The translations under genes and the position numbers were made by a program. From positions 1 through 25,780 of IMG/VR virus record IMGVR_UViG_3300045093_000058: DNA of 25,780 bases. One strand, given 5' to 3'. The stretch's first letter is position 1; each line of letters opens with the position of its first letter. Under the pieces are notes generated by a model. The model saw nothing but the letters and a program-made list of their open reading frames with translations, was not told the DNA's origin and did not search any database. The DNA is from a virus (taxonomy: Duplodnaviria > Caudoviricetes). Of this stretch, positions 9,016-18,298 are shown in pieces.

Positions 9016-9362
9016 CGGCCCTCGCTCATTGGCATTTTGGTGAGGGCCGTGGGGAAACCTATTGCAGTGGCTGTAAGTCGGCGGGGGAATCCTGTGCCAC
9101 AACGCGGCCAGGACAATGCATGTATGCCCAGCATGCCCCGCGTACCGACGAGGGGCGAATGGCCTGGGGTCTTTTCAAGGACAATAGCTGGCGCGCGAAG
9201 ATTGCGGGCTTTGGAGCGGTAACGGGAGTTGATCTCGCCCTGGCCACCAATCGGCTTGTAGGTGCTGGCATCGACCGCGAGACGGCCGAAGACCTCCTAT
9301 CCGGCTGCGAAATGGGCTTCGTGGCCGCGGTTAACGAGAAAGACGACGATGGCAAACCGTAA
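9003..9362 (+). CDS. gpT-like extension of the tail chaperone (gpGT fusion via frameshift)
   Basis: -1 frame reads KKRLTALAHW...YCSGC..., has no suitable start of its own and overlaps the tape measure start. Confidence 0.7.
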   Translation, partial: KKRLTALAHWHFGEGRGETYCSGCKSAGESCATTRPGQCMYAQHAPRTDEGRMAWGLFKDNSWRAKIAGFGAVTGVDLALATNRLVGAGIDRETAEDLLSGCEMGFVAAVNEKDDDGKP

Positions 9363-11622
9363 CAAGGAAGTCGGCATTCGCCTTTCCGTCAAGGATAAGG
9401 AGGTTGCTGTCCGGGCCTTGCAGCAATTTGGCAAAGAGGGGCAAGGCGCGCTCGATGCGATCCAGCGCGCCGGTCGCCCAGCATCGGATAGCCTGCAGAT
9501 GGTCAACTCGGCGGCGCGCGGCGCCCAGGATGCCTTGTCCGGGGTCGCCAACCAGGCAGGGCCTCTGGGTCGGTTGTTATCGCGGGGTGGCTTGCTGGGG
9601 CTCGGGCTCGCAGGGCTGGTGGGCGGCCTCACGCTTATCAGCAATAGGGTGGTCGCGATCTCCCGAGAGCTGCGGGAGATCGAGGAAGAGGCACGCCGAT
9701 CGGGACTTGGTGTGGAAGCGTTTCAGGAATGGACCTATGCCGCCCAACAGCTCAACGTATCGCGCGAGGCAATCACTGATGGTTTTCGTGAACTCAATAT
9801 ACGGGCGAGCGAATTTGCTGCGACCGGAGGCGGGTCAGCGGCTGAAGCATTCCGACAGATCGGTTTCAGTCAGGAGCGGGTGCAGGAAGGGCTGCGCAAT
9901 ACCGAGCAACTGATGTCCGATCTCATCGACAGGATCGGTGAATTCGGGCGTGCAGACCAGATTAGGCTTGCCGATGAGATATTCGGGGGGCAGGGCGGTG
10001 AGCAATTCATGGCCCTGATCGCATCGGGGTCAGCAGCAATCGCAGGTTTGCGCGCCGACGCCCAGGCCCTTGGCGTCGTGCTGCGGGAAGATCTTTTTGA
10101 GAGCGCGCGTGAGGTGGAGACCCGGTTTGCATCCGTGGCCCGCGTCATCGATACCCAGCTCAAGGTCGCGTTCATGGAACTGTCCCCGATCGTGCTGGAA
10201 ACTGGAAACTTTATCGTCTGGGTTGCGGGTGTCATTCGCGATATCGCCGATGCCATTGCCTTCATGCGCGGAGAGATGGATCAGCTTTCCACGCGCAATC
10301 TAGAAACTCGTCTGACGCAGTTGGGAGCCGAGCGCGTTCAACTGGAGGCAGATCTTTACAGTTTGAAATCGCAAGATTGGCGGCCGCAGAACGATCCCGT
10401 GGGAATTGCCTCCGACCTGGCCGGGCGATCGCAGACTAACCAGATTTCAAACCTCGAGGCTGGCCTGCAGGCCATCAGCGACGAAGAGCGCAGAATTCTG
10501 GATATTCTGGCGCGCCGCGATAATCAGCCGACCAATTTGCCTCCTGCCCAGACTATTGCGCCTACATCGGCAGGTCTCGATCAATTGGCAAAACAGGCCG
10601 AACAACTCATGGCGCGTCTGCGCACGGCCTCCGAGGAATACGCGCGGACCATGGATCAGCTCAACGCCATGCTGGCGCGGGGGCTGATCGATCAGGACAC
10701 CTACAATCGAGCCGTGGCCGAAGCGGTGCTCAAGCGCGCGGAATCGGTGGAAACGGAGGCCGACTATGCCGAGGCGCTGGCGTTGGTTCAGCAGGCGCTG
10801 GCCGCCGGCATCATCACGGAAAGCCAGTACACCGAGGCCGTCGAACAGATGACCCAGCGCAGACTGGAAGCGCAGAACGATTGGGCGGCCGGTGTTCAAT
10901 TGGGCCTAATGCGGATCGCTGCCCAGGGCGGGGATCTCGCCAAGAGCGTTGGCGATGCTTGGGCATCGGCCTTTTCGGGGACCGAAGATGCGCTCGCCAG
11001 TCTCGTCCTGACCGGGAAGGCGGATTTCAAATCCCTTGCGGATTCCATTATCGCCGACCTGCTGCGCATATCGATCCGGCAAGGGGTCACCGGGCCGATT
11101 GCCGGCATGATTTCAAGCTTCATGGGCGGCGGGCCGGCCGCCCCGATACCTACAGTCGGTGGGCGCCAGGCGAGTTTCATCCCGGGCACTGGATGGATGC
11201 CGGTCGCCCATGACGGATGGATGGTGGCGCGGGGCAATCCGCCCAGCATGCGGGCGATGTCGGCTGGGCTCGACCGCTACCATAATGGCGGCCTCAATCC
11301 GCGTGAACGCCTGGTGGTCGCCGAAGAGGGCGAAGGCATTTTTACCCCGCGTCAGATGGACAATGCTGACGGATTGTTTCGCGGGATGATGCGCGCCCTT
11401 GGCGCGATGATGCAACGCAATACCCAGGAACGATCCGGTAGTCGTGTAGAGGTCCACAATCATACCGGCGCCGAGGTCACGCGGGAAACCACACGCGACA
11501 GCGATGGCCTCGACGTCGAAAAGATCGTTATCGGCACCGTGAACGCAGGGCTGGGACGTGGGGCATTCGACACCACGTTGAGCACAATTTTTGGTGTTCA
11601 GCGCAAGGGGAGGCGGCCCTGA
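9349..11622 (+). CDS. Tail tape measure protein
   Basis: ATG 9349 (MANRNKEVGIRL); 757 aa, Ala-rich and helical, with a lambda-type C-terminal motif TGKADFKSLADSIIADL. Confidence 0.92.
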   Translation: MANRNKEVGIRLSVKDKEVAVRALQQFGKEGQGALDAIQRAGRPASDSLQMVNSAARGAQDALSGVANQAGPLGRLLSRGGLLGLGLAGLVGGLTLISNRVVAISRELREIEEEARRSGLGVEAFQEWTYAAQQLNVSREAITDGFRELNIRASEFAATGGGSAAEAFRQIGFSQERVQEGLRNTEQLMSDLIDRIGEFGRADQIRLADEIFGGQGGEQFMALIASGSAAIAGLRADAQALGVVLREDLFESAREVETRFASVARVIDTQLKVAFMELSPIVLETGNFIVWVAGVIRDIADAIAFMRGEMDQLSTRNLETRLTQLGAERVQLEADLYSLKSQDWRPQNDPVGIASDLAGRSQTNQISNLEAGLQAISDEERRILDILARRDNQPTNLPPAQTIAPTSAGLDQLAKQAEQLMARLRTASEEYARTMDQLNAMLARGLIDQDTYNRAVAEAVLKRAESVETEADYAEALALVQQALAAGIITESQYTEAVEQMTQRRLEAQNDWAAGVQLGLMRIAAQGGDLAKSVGDAWASAFSGTEDALASLVLTGKADFKSLADSIIADLLRISIRQGVTGPIAGMISSFMGGGPAAPIPTVGGRQASFIPGTGWMPVAHDGWMVARGNPPSMRAMSAGLDRYHNGGLNPRERLVVAEEGEGIFTPRQMDNADGLFRGMMRALGAMMQRNTQERSGSRVEVHNHTGAEVTRETTRDSDGLDVEKIVIGTVNAGLGRGAFDTTLSTIFGVQRKGRRP

Positions 11623-11981
11623 TGCAGGCGTGGCCAGATGACGTCCCGCATGAACCGCTCGCCAATTCTTTCCAGGGAGAGCCGTTTCGGGCTCCCTATT
11701 CAACTGAAATGGAGGATGGGAATTTCCGTCAGCGTCGGCGGTCCACTCTCAGGGTCGCGACCTTGAGATTTTCGGTGCGCATGCCGAATGAAGCTTTCGA
11801 CGTCTTTGACGCATGGGTCGAAGGCGATCTTGTCGAAGGCACCCTGCCGTTTTTGATGCCGGTCTGGAAGGGCGGGCAATACGTAACACGTACCTGCCGT
11901 TTCCGTGAGCCATTCCGCGACAACCCTGGACATGGACTTCGACACCGTGTCGCGCTGGTCCTCGATGTCGAGGATTACTGA
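11622..11981 (+). CDS. Distal tail protein (gpM-like)
   Basis: 119 aa directly after the tape measure gene; STEMEDGNFRQRRR and GTLPFLMP motifs. Confidence 0.7.
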   Translation: MQAWPDDVPHEPLANSFQGEPFRAPYSTEMEDGNFRQRRRSTLRVATLRFSVRMPNEAFDVFDAWVEGDLVEGTLPFLMPVWKGGQYVTRTCRFREPFRDNPGHGLRHRVALVLDVEDY

Positions 11982-12550
11982 TGAGCGATTGGAACGCAGC
12001 CATCGAGGAGGCCTATGCCTCCGCTCCGGCCGATGAATACCCAATCTCCACTCTGGAGCTGATCCATCCCCAGTTCGTGGACTTCGAGAACAACCAGGAT
12101 TCGATCCGTGTTGCCCTCGATGAACGGGCGTGGAACCTCCAGCACGAGGTTGGGGCGCCGCTCTTTGGTGGGCAGATCAAACGATACGATCCGCTCGCCA
12201 TGCAGATCAAATTGCCCGAACAGTCCGAGAGCAGCTTCGGCACGCTGGAAATGACGCTCGACAACGTGCCGCGGTCGATCTGGCCGTACCTGCAGAACGC
12301 GGCAAAGGTTCGAGCGTCGGCCATGGTGATTTTCCGCCAGTGGGTCGCCGAACGCGATCTGATGACGGGCGCATACACCGTATCGGGGCCGCCCGACATG
12401 ATCGTCGATCAACTCACGATGAAAGTGGTCAAGGCCACGCAACTGCAGTTGACCGGATCGGCAGGCTTCGTCGACCTGCTCAACAAGAGCTTTCCGCGTC
12501 GTATCTTCGATCGGGACAATTTCCCCGGGCTCCACGGGGTTTCGAGTTAG
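11981..12550 (+). CDS. Minor tail protein (DUF1833-like)
   Basis: EAYASAP...TLELIHP and LNKSFPRRIF...FPGL motifs. Confidence 0.8.
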   Translation: MSDWNAAIEEAYASAPADEYPISTLELIHPQFVDFENNQDSIRVALDERAWNLQHEVGAPLFGGQIKRYDPLAMQIKLPEQSESSFGTLEMTLDNVPRSIWPYLQNAAKVRASAMVIFRQWVAERDLMTGAYTVSGPPDMIVDQLTMKVVKATQLQLTGSAGFVDLLNKSFPRRIFDRDNFPGLHGVSS

Positions 12551-12558
12551 GAACGACA

Positions 12559-12807
12559 ATGCCGATTTCCCACATCGACAATGGCGATGCGCGTCCGGTC
12601 TATTTTGCCAGGATCAATGAGGTGATCGACGCATGGCACGGGCCGGGCACATCGGCCGCATTCAGCCGTCAGGGAGAGATCCGTGGGGCGTTCAACCAGA
12701 TCGCCCAGGCGCTGGACCTGCCGGGATATGAAAATGGAGAATCTCTTGGCGAGGTTCGACACAAGATCAATGAAGCGATCGACGCGCTCAATTCGTCGGG
12801 GAGCTAG
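12559..12807 (+). CDS. Small hypothetical protein with an internal duplication (82 aa)
   Basis: AGGAA RBS, ATG 12559; fills the gap between neighbouring genes; NG(D/E)...INExIDA occurs twice. Confidence 0.7.
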   Translation: MPISHIDNGDARPVYFARINEVIDAWHGPGTSAAFSRQGEIRGAFNQIAQALDLPGYENGESLGEVRHKINEAIDALNSSGS

Positions 12808-12814
12808 GAAAGTC

Positions 12815-13225
12815 GTGTCCGGTCGTATCGCTGCCCTCAATGCCCTCATCGGCAAGCCCTATCGCCTGGGGGCGCAGGGGCCCGACGCCTATGATTGCTA
12901 CAGCGCCGCCCGCGCCGTCCAGCGCGCCGTTTTTGGGCGAGAGATGCCCGCGTTCGAGATGCCCGGCGAGGCGGGACGATGGGCCATTGCAGCGGCGATA
13001 TCGGCCCATCCCGAGCGCAGCCGTTGGCGCGAGATCGATGTGGCGGCGGATGGTGCGCTGGTGACGATGGCTCGCCATGTCCAAGGCTACCACATCGGCG
13101 TCTGGATCGACGACGATGACGGCCTGATCGTTCACGCTCTCGAAGGGTTGGGCGTCGTGGCCTCTCGCCTCATCGAACTTGAGGCCGAGGGCTGGCGAAA
13201 ATTTCGGTTTCACCTGCCGGCATAA
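12815..13225 (+). CDS. NlpC/P60 tail tip protein (gpK-like)
   Basis: GTG 12815 after AGGAA; GKPYRLGAQGPDAYDCY and HIGVWI motifs. Confidence 0.88.
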   Translation: MSGRIAALNALIGKPYRLGAQGPDAYDCYSAARAVQRAVFGREMPAFEMPGEAGRWAIAAAISAHPERSRWREIDVAADGALVTMARHVQGYHIGVWIDDDDGLIVHALEGLGVVASRLIELEAEGWRKFRFHLPA

Positions 13226-13239
13226 GGTTCTGAACACCT

Positions 13240-16200
13240 ATGAATTCAAATCTTCCTGCCGTGCAGGCGGGCGGCAAAGCCGTTCTGCTGACGGGGCCTT
13301 TTGGCGCGCCCGAACGCACGATCCATCTGTCGCGCCCGATGACGATTGCAGAGGTGATCGCGCTCCATGGATTGCGCTTCAGGTTGCCGACGATTGCCGT
13401 GCTCGATGGCGCACCGGTTCTGCGCGGCGCGTGGAACGTGCGGATGGTGCGTGCCGAGGACGTGATTGGGTTCGTTGCCATGCCCGCAGGTGGTGGCAAC
13501 GCCTCGGGCAAGCAGGTCATTGGGCTTGTCGCCGCGCTTGCCCTATCGATTGCCGCGCCGATGGTTGGACACTGGGCGGCAGCCTCGTTCTTTGCTGGAT
13601 CGTCGATCGCTTCGAGCCTTGTTTCAGGGCTGGTTCTGGCGGGTGGGGCGTTCCTGCTCAACACCTTGTTCCCGCCTCCTGCCGAAGTCCCCAACGATAG
13701 CGGAGATCAGGTCTATATCGCCAATGCCGCGAGCAATCAGGCGGCGCCCTTCGATGTCGTTCCCGTGCTTTATGGCCGCGAGAAGTTTGCCCCACGGCTG
13801 GCCTCGCGTCCCTATTCGGAATATTCGGGCAATGATCAGTTCCTCTACCAGCTCTTTGCGGTCACCTTGGGCAAGGCCGATATCGAAAGGATTGATATCG
13901 GCGAGACCGAAGCCTGGAGAGCGGAGGGCGGACTTACCGACAGCTTCTCCGACCTCGAGATCGAGATCGTTCATCCGGGCGAGGACGTAACCCTCTTCCC
14001 GGCCAATGTGGTGACGGCGCCGGAAGTGGGAAGCCAGGTTCTTCCCGATCCTCCCGACCAGCTCGGGCCGTTCGTGGTCAACGCGGCCGGAACGACGATC
14101 AACCGCATCGCGCTCGATTTCTCGTTTCCGCTCGGTCTGTTCGATCCCAAGAGCGAGGGCGGCACAAGGGCCGCCAACCGTGGCCTGGTGGCGCAGTATC
14201 GCCGTATCGACGACAGCGGTGCGCCGATCGGTGGGTGGTCGAACCTGATCAATGAGACGATCACCCGAAACACGCGCACGCCCCAGCGGATGTCGCGGTC
14301 GGCATCGGTTCCCGAAGGGCGCTATGAGGTAACGTTCCGCGCCACCAACAGGGATACGAGCGGAGAGGAGGATGGCGGGACTGCGGGAGCCCCTTATAAC
14401 CGCGTCCAGTGGGAGGGGCTGCGCGGCTATCTGACAGGCTTTGTGACGCCGCCGAACTGCACCCTTCTGGCGGTCAAGATCCGGGCCAATGAGCAGCTAA
14501 GTCAGGTGTCCGCCAACCAGTTGAAGGTGACTGCCGCCCGCTATCTGGACGTCTGGAATTCGGGCGCTGGGCAATGGGTCGAGCAAAAGACCTCATCGAT
14601 CGCATGGGCCGCCGCCGACATCCTGCGCAACAGTGATTATTCGATCGGCCTTGCCGATACCCAATACGACCTCGCATGGCTGATGGCCAAGCACCAGCTT
14701 TGGGCCGGACGTGGGGATGAATTCAATGCGCTCTTTGATCGGTCGTGGACAATTTCGGACGCGCTGCGCGCGGTGCTCAGGGCAGGTCGCGCCCAGCCGG
14801 TACGGGTGGGCGGCAAGGTGGGCTTTACCCGCCTCGAGCCCAAACAGGTCAAGCGTGCGGTTTTTACGCCTCGCAACGTGATCCGGGGCAGCTTCAGCCA
14901 TGAGCTGGTGCTGTTCGACGAAGAAAAGCCTGACAGCGTGATCGGCGAATATCGCGATCGCACGATCTGGGACACGCGCGAGGTCCGTGCGGGGCTCGCA
15001 TCGATCGGATCGGATGCGCCGCAGCGGATCGACTATTTCGGCATGACGGATCACGATCATGTCTGGCGCGAGGCGGTGACCGATGCCGCCGTCAACGCCT
15101 ATCAACGCGAGTTCGTGGGGTTCACGTCCGAATGGGAAGGCAAATTGCTCGTGCGGGGCGATCCGATCCTCGTGCATCACCCCTTTATCGAACAGGCCGC
15201 GACGGTCTCACTGGTCGGTATTGCGGGTCAAAACCTCACAATCGACCGCGACTATTCGGGCGATGATTGGGATGACGGCGGTTCCTGGTCGGACTTCGAT
15301 ACCTGGACGTCCGAGGAACAGGACCGTTATGTCATCGTCCGCGACAAGCGCGGCGAAGAATGGGGCCCTTGCCGGGTGGCGTCGATCAATGGGCGGGTCC
15401 TCACGCTCGATGCCGCCGATCGCGCAGTGGTCGAGGCCCAGATGGGCACGCTCGCGTCCTTGCTTCCCGGCGACCGATCCGAGCGCGCGCATGTCATAAT
15501 CTGCACGGGCGAGACGCGGCCTTTCAACGGCCTGGTCGTATCGGCCATTCCGAACGGCTCCGACCGGGTCGATGTGCTTGCTGTGATCGATGCCCCCGAG
15601 GTCTATATGGCCGACGGCGAGGAGGTCATGCCCTCGCCCTGGACGCCGCCGACGCTGCCGCCGGCAGTGCCTTTGAGGCCGATAATTCTGGGCCTTGTCG
15701 CTGAACTCCGGGCCTCCGGTGCCGGTCTCGAGATCGAGGCCATGTGGCGACCTTCGGTTGGTGCCACCAGCTACGTCGCCGAAGTGAGTTATGACGGTGA
15801 GGAGAGCTGGATTCCTGTCTATGAGGGCAGCAACAACCGGTTCAACGCCACCGTGCTACCACAGGTTCTTACGCTGCGCGTGGCTCCGCTGGGCCGTGTG
15901 CAGGGTCCGTGGGTGATCCGCGAATTTATTGAAGGAGAAGTTCCGGATATCCGTATCCCTGGCGGGTGGCTCGATCTGGATGGCGTTGCTGAGCAAGTCC
16001 GAGATTCGGTCAGCGAGATGTCTGACTGGGAAAGGCACAACACGCGCGAGACCATCGAATCCATTCGGGAAGCCTTCCTCGAGGATGGGGCGAGCAGCGC
16101 AAACGCCTATCTCGACCGGCAGAAGATTCGCCAGGAGATCATCAGCACGACAGGGGCAAATCGGGCCGCATGGTCGCTGGATATTCTGGCGGCGACCGGT

Positions 16201-16806
16201 CCTGACAGCGCGATCGTGGCGCGGATCGAGGAATTGCGGGCCGAAGTGTTCGATCCGAATACCGGCTTGCCGGCGACGGCGTCGGCGCTGAGCCTGCTAT
16301 CGTCGCAGGTCAACAATCCCGCGACGGGGTTGGTCGCGGCGTCCAATGCCATCACCTCGCTCGTCTCTAGCGTGCCTGGGGCGTCGGCCGAGGGGCTGTT
16401 GAGGATCTTTACCGAGGCGTCGGCGTCGGGGGAAGATGTTCGCATCGCGCTCTCGGCGGCTACCAGTGGGAGCGTCGGCCCGGCTAGTGCCGCCATGTAT
16501 GTGACGGCAGGTGGCGGGAACTCCGAAATTCTGATGGTGGCCAACCGGATCGCCTTCATCACGTCTCCGACCGGAACGAAGCGTGGCCTGCTGGTGGTCG
16601 ATGGAGACAATGTGTTCATCGACACGGCTCGCATTCGGAACCTTTCCGTTGCGAACATGTCGGCGGATTTCATCGACGCGCTGGATATCAGCGCCGAGAG
16701 CATCCTGTCCCAGAACGCCAACATCACCGGCACCCTTCATGTCGGGACCGGGAGCACGGGTGTCTTCATCCAAGGTCCAAATAACCGCATTCTGATCGTG
16801 GATTGA
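13240..16806 (+). CDS. Central tail tip / host specificity protein (gpI-gpJ-like fusion)
   Basis: 1188 aa; hydrophobic gpI-like N-terminus, VPVLYGR motif, FN3-like segment, coiled coil and gpJ-type C-terminus. Confidence 0.88.
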   Translation: MNSNLPAVQAGGKAVLLTGPFGAPERTIHLSRPMTIAEVIALHGLRFRLPTIAVLDGAPVLRGAWNVRMVRAEDVIGFVAMPAGGGNASGKQVIGLVAALALSIAAPMVGHWAAASFFAGSSIASSLVSGLVLAGGAFLLNTLFPPPAEVPNDSGDQVYIANAASNQAAPFDVVPVLYGREKFAPRLASRPYSEYSGNDQFLYQLFAVTLGKADIERIDIGETEAWRAEGGLTDSFSDLEIEIVHPGEDVTLFPANVVTAPEVGSQVLPDPPDQLGPFVVNAAGTTINRIALDFSFPLGLFDPKSEGGTRAANRGLVAQYRRIDDSGAPIGGWSNLINETITRNTRTPQRMSRSASVPEGRYEVTFRATNRDTSGEEDGGTAGAPYNRVQWEGLRGYLTGFVTPPNCTLLAVKIRANEQLSQVSANQLKVTAARYLDVWNSGAGQWVEQKTSSIAWAAADILRNSDYSIGLADTQYDLAWLMAKHQLWAGRGDEFNALFDRSWTISDALRAVLRAGRAQPVRVGGKVGFTRLEPKQVKRAVFTPRNVIRGSFSHELVLFDEEKPDSVIGEYRDRTIWDTREVRAGLASIGSDAPQRIDYFGMTDHDHVWREAVTDAAVNAYQREFVGFTSEWEGKLLVRGDPILVHHPFIEQAATVSLVGIAGQNLTIDRDYSGDDWDDGGSWSDFDTWTSEEQDRYVIVRDKRGEEWGPCRVASINGRVLTLDAADRAVVEAQMGTLASLLPGDRSERAHVIICTGETRPFNGLVVSAIPNGSDRVDVLAVIDAPEVYMADGEEVMPSPWTPPTLPPAVPLRPIILGLVAELRASGAGLEIEAMWRPSVGATSYVAEVSYDGEESWIPVYEGSNNRFNATVLPQVLTLRVAPLGRVQGPWVIREFIEGEVPDIRIPGGWLDLDGVAEQVRDSVSEMSDWERHNTRETIESIREAFLEDGASSANAYLDRQKIRQEIISTTGANRAAWSLDILAATGPDSAIVARIEELRAEVFDPNTGLPATASALSLLSSQVNNPATGLVAASNAITSLVSSVPGASAEGLLRIFTEASASGEDVRIALSAATSGSVGPASAAMYVTAGGGNSEILMVANRIAFITSPTGTKRGLLVVDGDNVFIDTARIRNLSVANMSADFIDALDISAESILSQNANITGTLHVGTGSTGVFIQGPNNRILIVD

Positions 16807-16809
16807 GAA

Positions 16810-17154
16810 ATGGCGAACCGTGTTTTGCTCGATGACGATGGCCTGCGCATTTCGAAACCCGGCAAGAACGTGCTGACGGCAGGATCGGCGGACCTCATGT
16901 TCGATTCGGTCTCCAAGATGGTGCAGGTGATCCATTCTGGCGTGGCGACGAATGTCAGCACCAGCAACAACCCATCGATAACTTGGCCCGCATTGGGTTT
17001 CGTGCCGTTTGTCTGGTTCTACGGGCGTGATTACGCTTCCGCACAGTTTCACTATTCGGGGGCGAACGGAGGGTATTTCCGCTTGGGCGAAGCCCAGGGA
17101 AGAACCTCGGACATTTATTGGGCCGTTCTCAACATCCCCAGGGGGGCGTATTGA
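16810..17154 (+). CDS. Tail tip accessory protein, paralog 1
   Basis: N-terminus MANRVLLDDDGLRISKPGKNVLT is shared with the next two genes. Confidence 0.75.
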   Translation: MANRVLLDDDGLRISKPGKNVLTAGSADLMFDSVSKMVQVIHSGVATNVSTSNNPSITWPALGFVPFVWFYGRDYASAQFHYSGANGGYFRLGEAQGRTSDIYWAVLNIPRGAY

Positions 17155-17603
17155 GCAACAGAACCGTGTTGGGCCAACTGCCCGATGGCCAGATGGGCTT
17201 GAGGGTGTCCCGGCCCGGGCAGAATGTTCTCAACGACAATCTGCCCGCAAAGCAGGTTGCCTTCGATACCCGATGGATTGGGGCGTGCCGCGTTTTTGCT
17301 TCCGGCGTCATCAACGTGGGTGACGGCAGCACTGCAACGGTGATGTTTGGAACAACGCTTTCCGAGCCGCCCGCTGTTTTGGCGCTGCGCCGAAACACCG
17401 AAGGCACCATTCAAGAGCGTTTTTATCCGCTCGGTGACTCCTCTTCGGGCCGAACCGTGGTGGGAGGGCCAGCGGCGGGGCCGGTGAACGCAGGGCTGCG
17501 CCCAGACACTAACCCGATAATGGATGTTCGCGCCGATCGTGTCATCTTCCGAAACGAGGGCACCCTGAATATGCGCGTCTATTACATCATCCTGATGATC
17601 TGA
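17151..17603 (+). CDS. Tail tip accessory protein, paralog 2
   Basis: TTG start overlapping the previous stop; SNRTVLG...GLRVSRPGQNVL. Confidence 0.7.
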   Translation: MSNRTVLGQLPDGQMGLRVSRPGQNVLNDNLPAKQVAFDTRWIGACRVFASGVINVGDGSTATVMFGTTLSEPPAVLALRRNTEGTIQERFYPLGDSSSGRTVVGGPAAGPVNAGLRPDTNPIMDVRADRVIFRNEGTLNMRVYYIILMI

Positions 17604-17604
17604 C

Positions 17605-18066
17605 ATGGCCAATCGCGTCCTTCTCGATCAGAATGGCCTCAAGGTGTCGATGCCGGGCCGCAACGTCCTGACCGACAGCAACGTTGACCTGCTCTTTACG
17701 TCAGACTGGCCCACGCTCGGCGTCGTAGAGCAGGGGACGCAAGTGGTAAATTGGGGAGGCGGAAACTCGGGGAGCTACGATCAGAGCGTCTATTTTGATC
17801 GCCCCTTTTCGAGCATTCCGTCCATGCAGGTCAGCCTGCAGATTGAAGGGGGTGGCCGTTCGATATCGTCGGGCGGCAACATCATTATTGAGCGCAATGT
17901 TCTTCAAGATATCAGCGGCAACCTGGGCTCAATAGCCTATTACCGTTTGCGCTCCATCGCTTATGCCGATCGTGTCCGGTTTCTCGGCGAGTTCACTCGG
18001 AACTCGGGCAGCTACATCATTCCGACGCTGACGATCGACTGGAAGGTCTTTGCTTACAGTTATTGA
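17605..18066 (+). CDS. Tail tip accessory protein, paralog 3
   Basis: N-terminus MANRVLLDQNGLKVSMPGRNVLT. Confidence 0.75.
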   Translation: MANRVLLDQNGLKVSMPGRNVLTDSNVDLLFTSDWPTLGVVEQGTQVVNWGGGNSGSYDQSVYFDRPFSSIPSMQVSLQIEGGGRSISSGGNIIIERNVLQDISGNLGSIAYYRLRSIAYADRVRFLGEFTRNSGSYIIPTLTIDWKVFAYSY

Positions 18067-18074
18067 GGGTTCCT

Positions 18075-18272
18075 ATGTCCCAAAAGATCCCGCCGCTCTC
18101 CGCAGCGGCACATTACCTCGCGGGCATGCAGATGTGGGAAGGCAGGGCCAAAAGCCTGCAAGCCCTCGTCGATGCCCAGGACGCCGAAATCACCCGATTG
18201 CGAGAGCTGCTGGCGGCGCATGAGCCGCCCGAGCAGTCCGCCGAACCCCAAGCCGAACCCGCCGCCGAATAG
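18075..18272 (+). CDS. Small coiled-coil hypothetical protein
   Basis: GAGGG RBS, ATG 18075, heptad pattern. Confidence 0.6.
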   Translation: MSQKIPPLSAAAHYLAGMQMWEGRAKSLQALVDAQDAEITRLRELLAAHEPPEQSAEPQAEPAAE

Positions 18273-18283
18273 GCGGCTTTTTT
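18261..18283 (+). terminator. Terminator-like hairpin upstream of the tail fibre gene
   Basis: GCCGCC-GAATA-GGCGGC followed by TTTTTT. Confidence 0.7.
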
Positions 18284-18298
18284 ATTGCCGGAGATATC

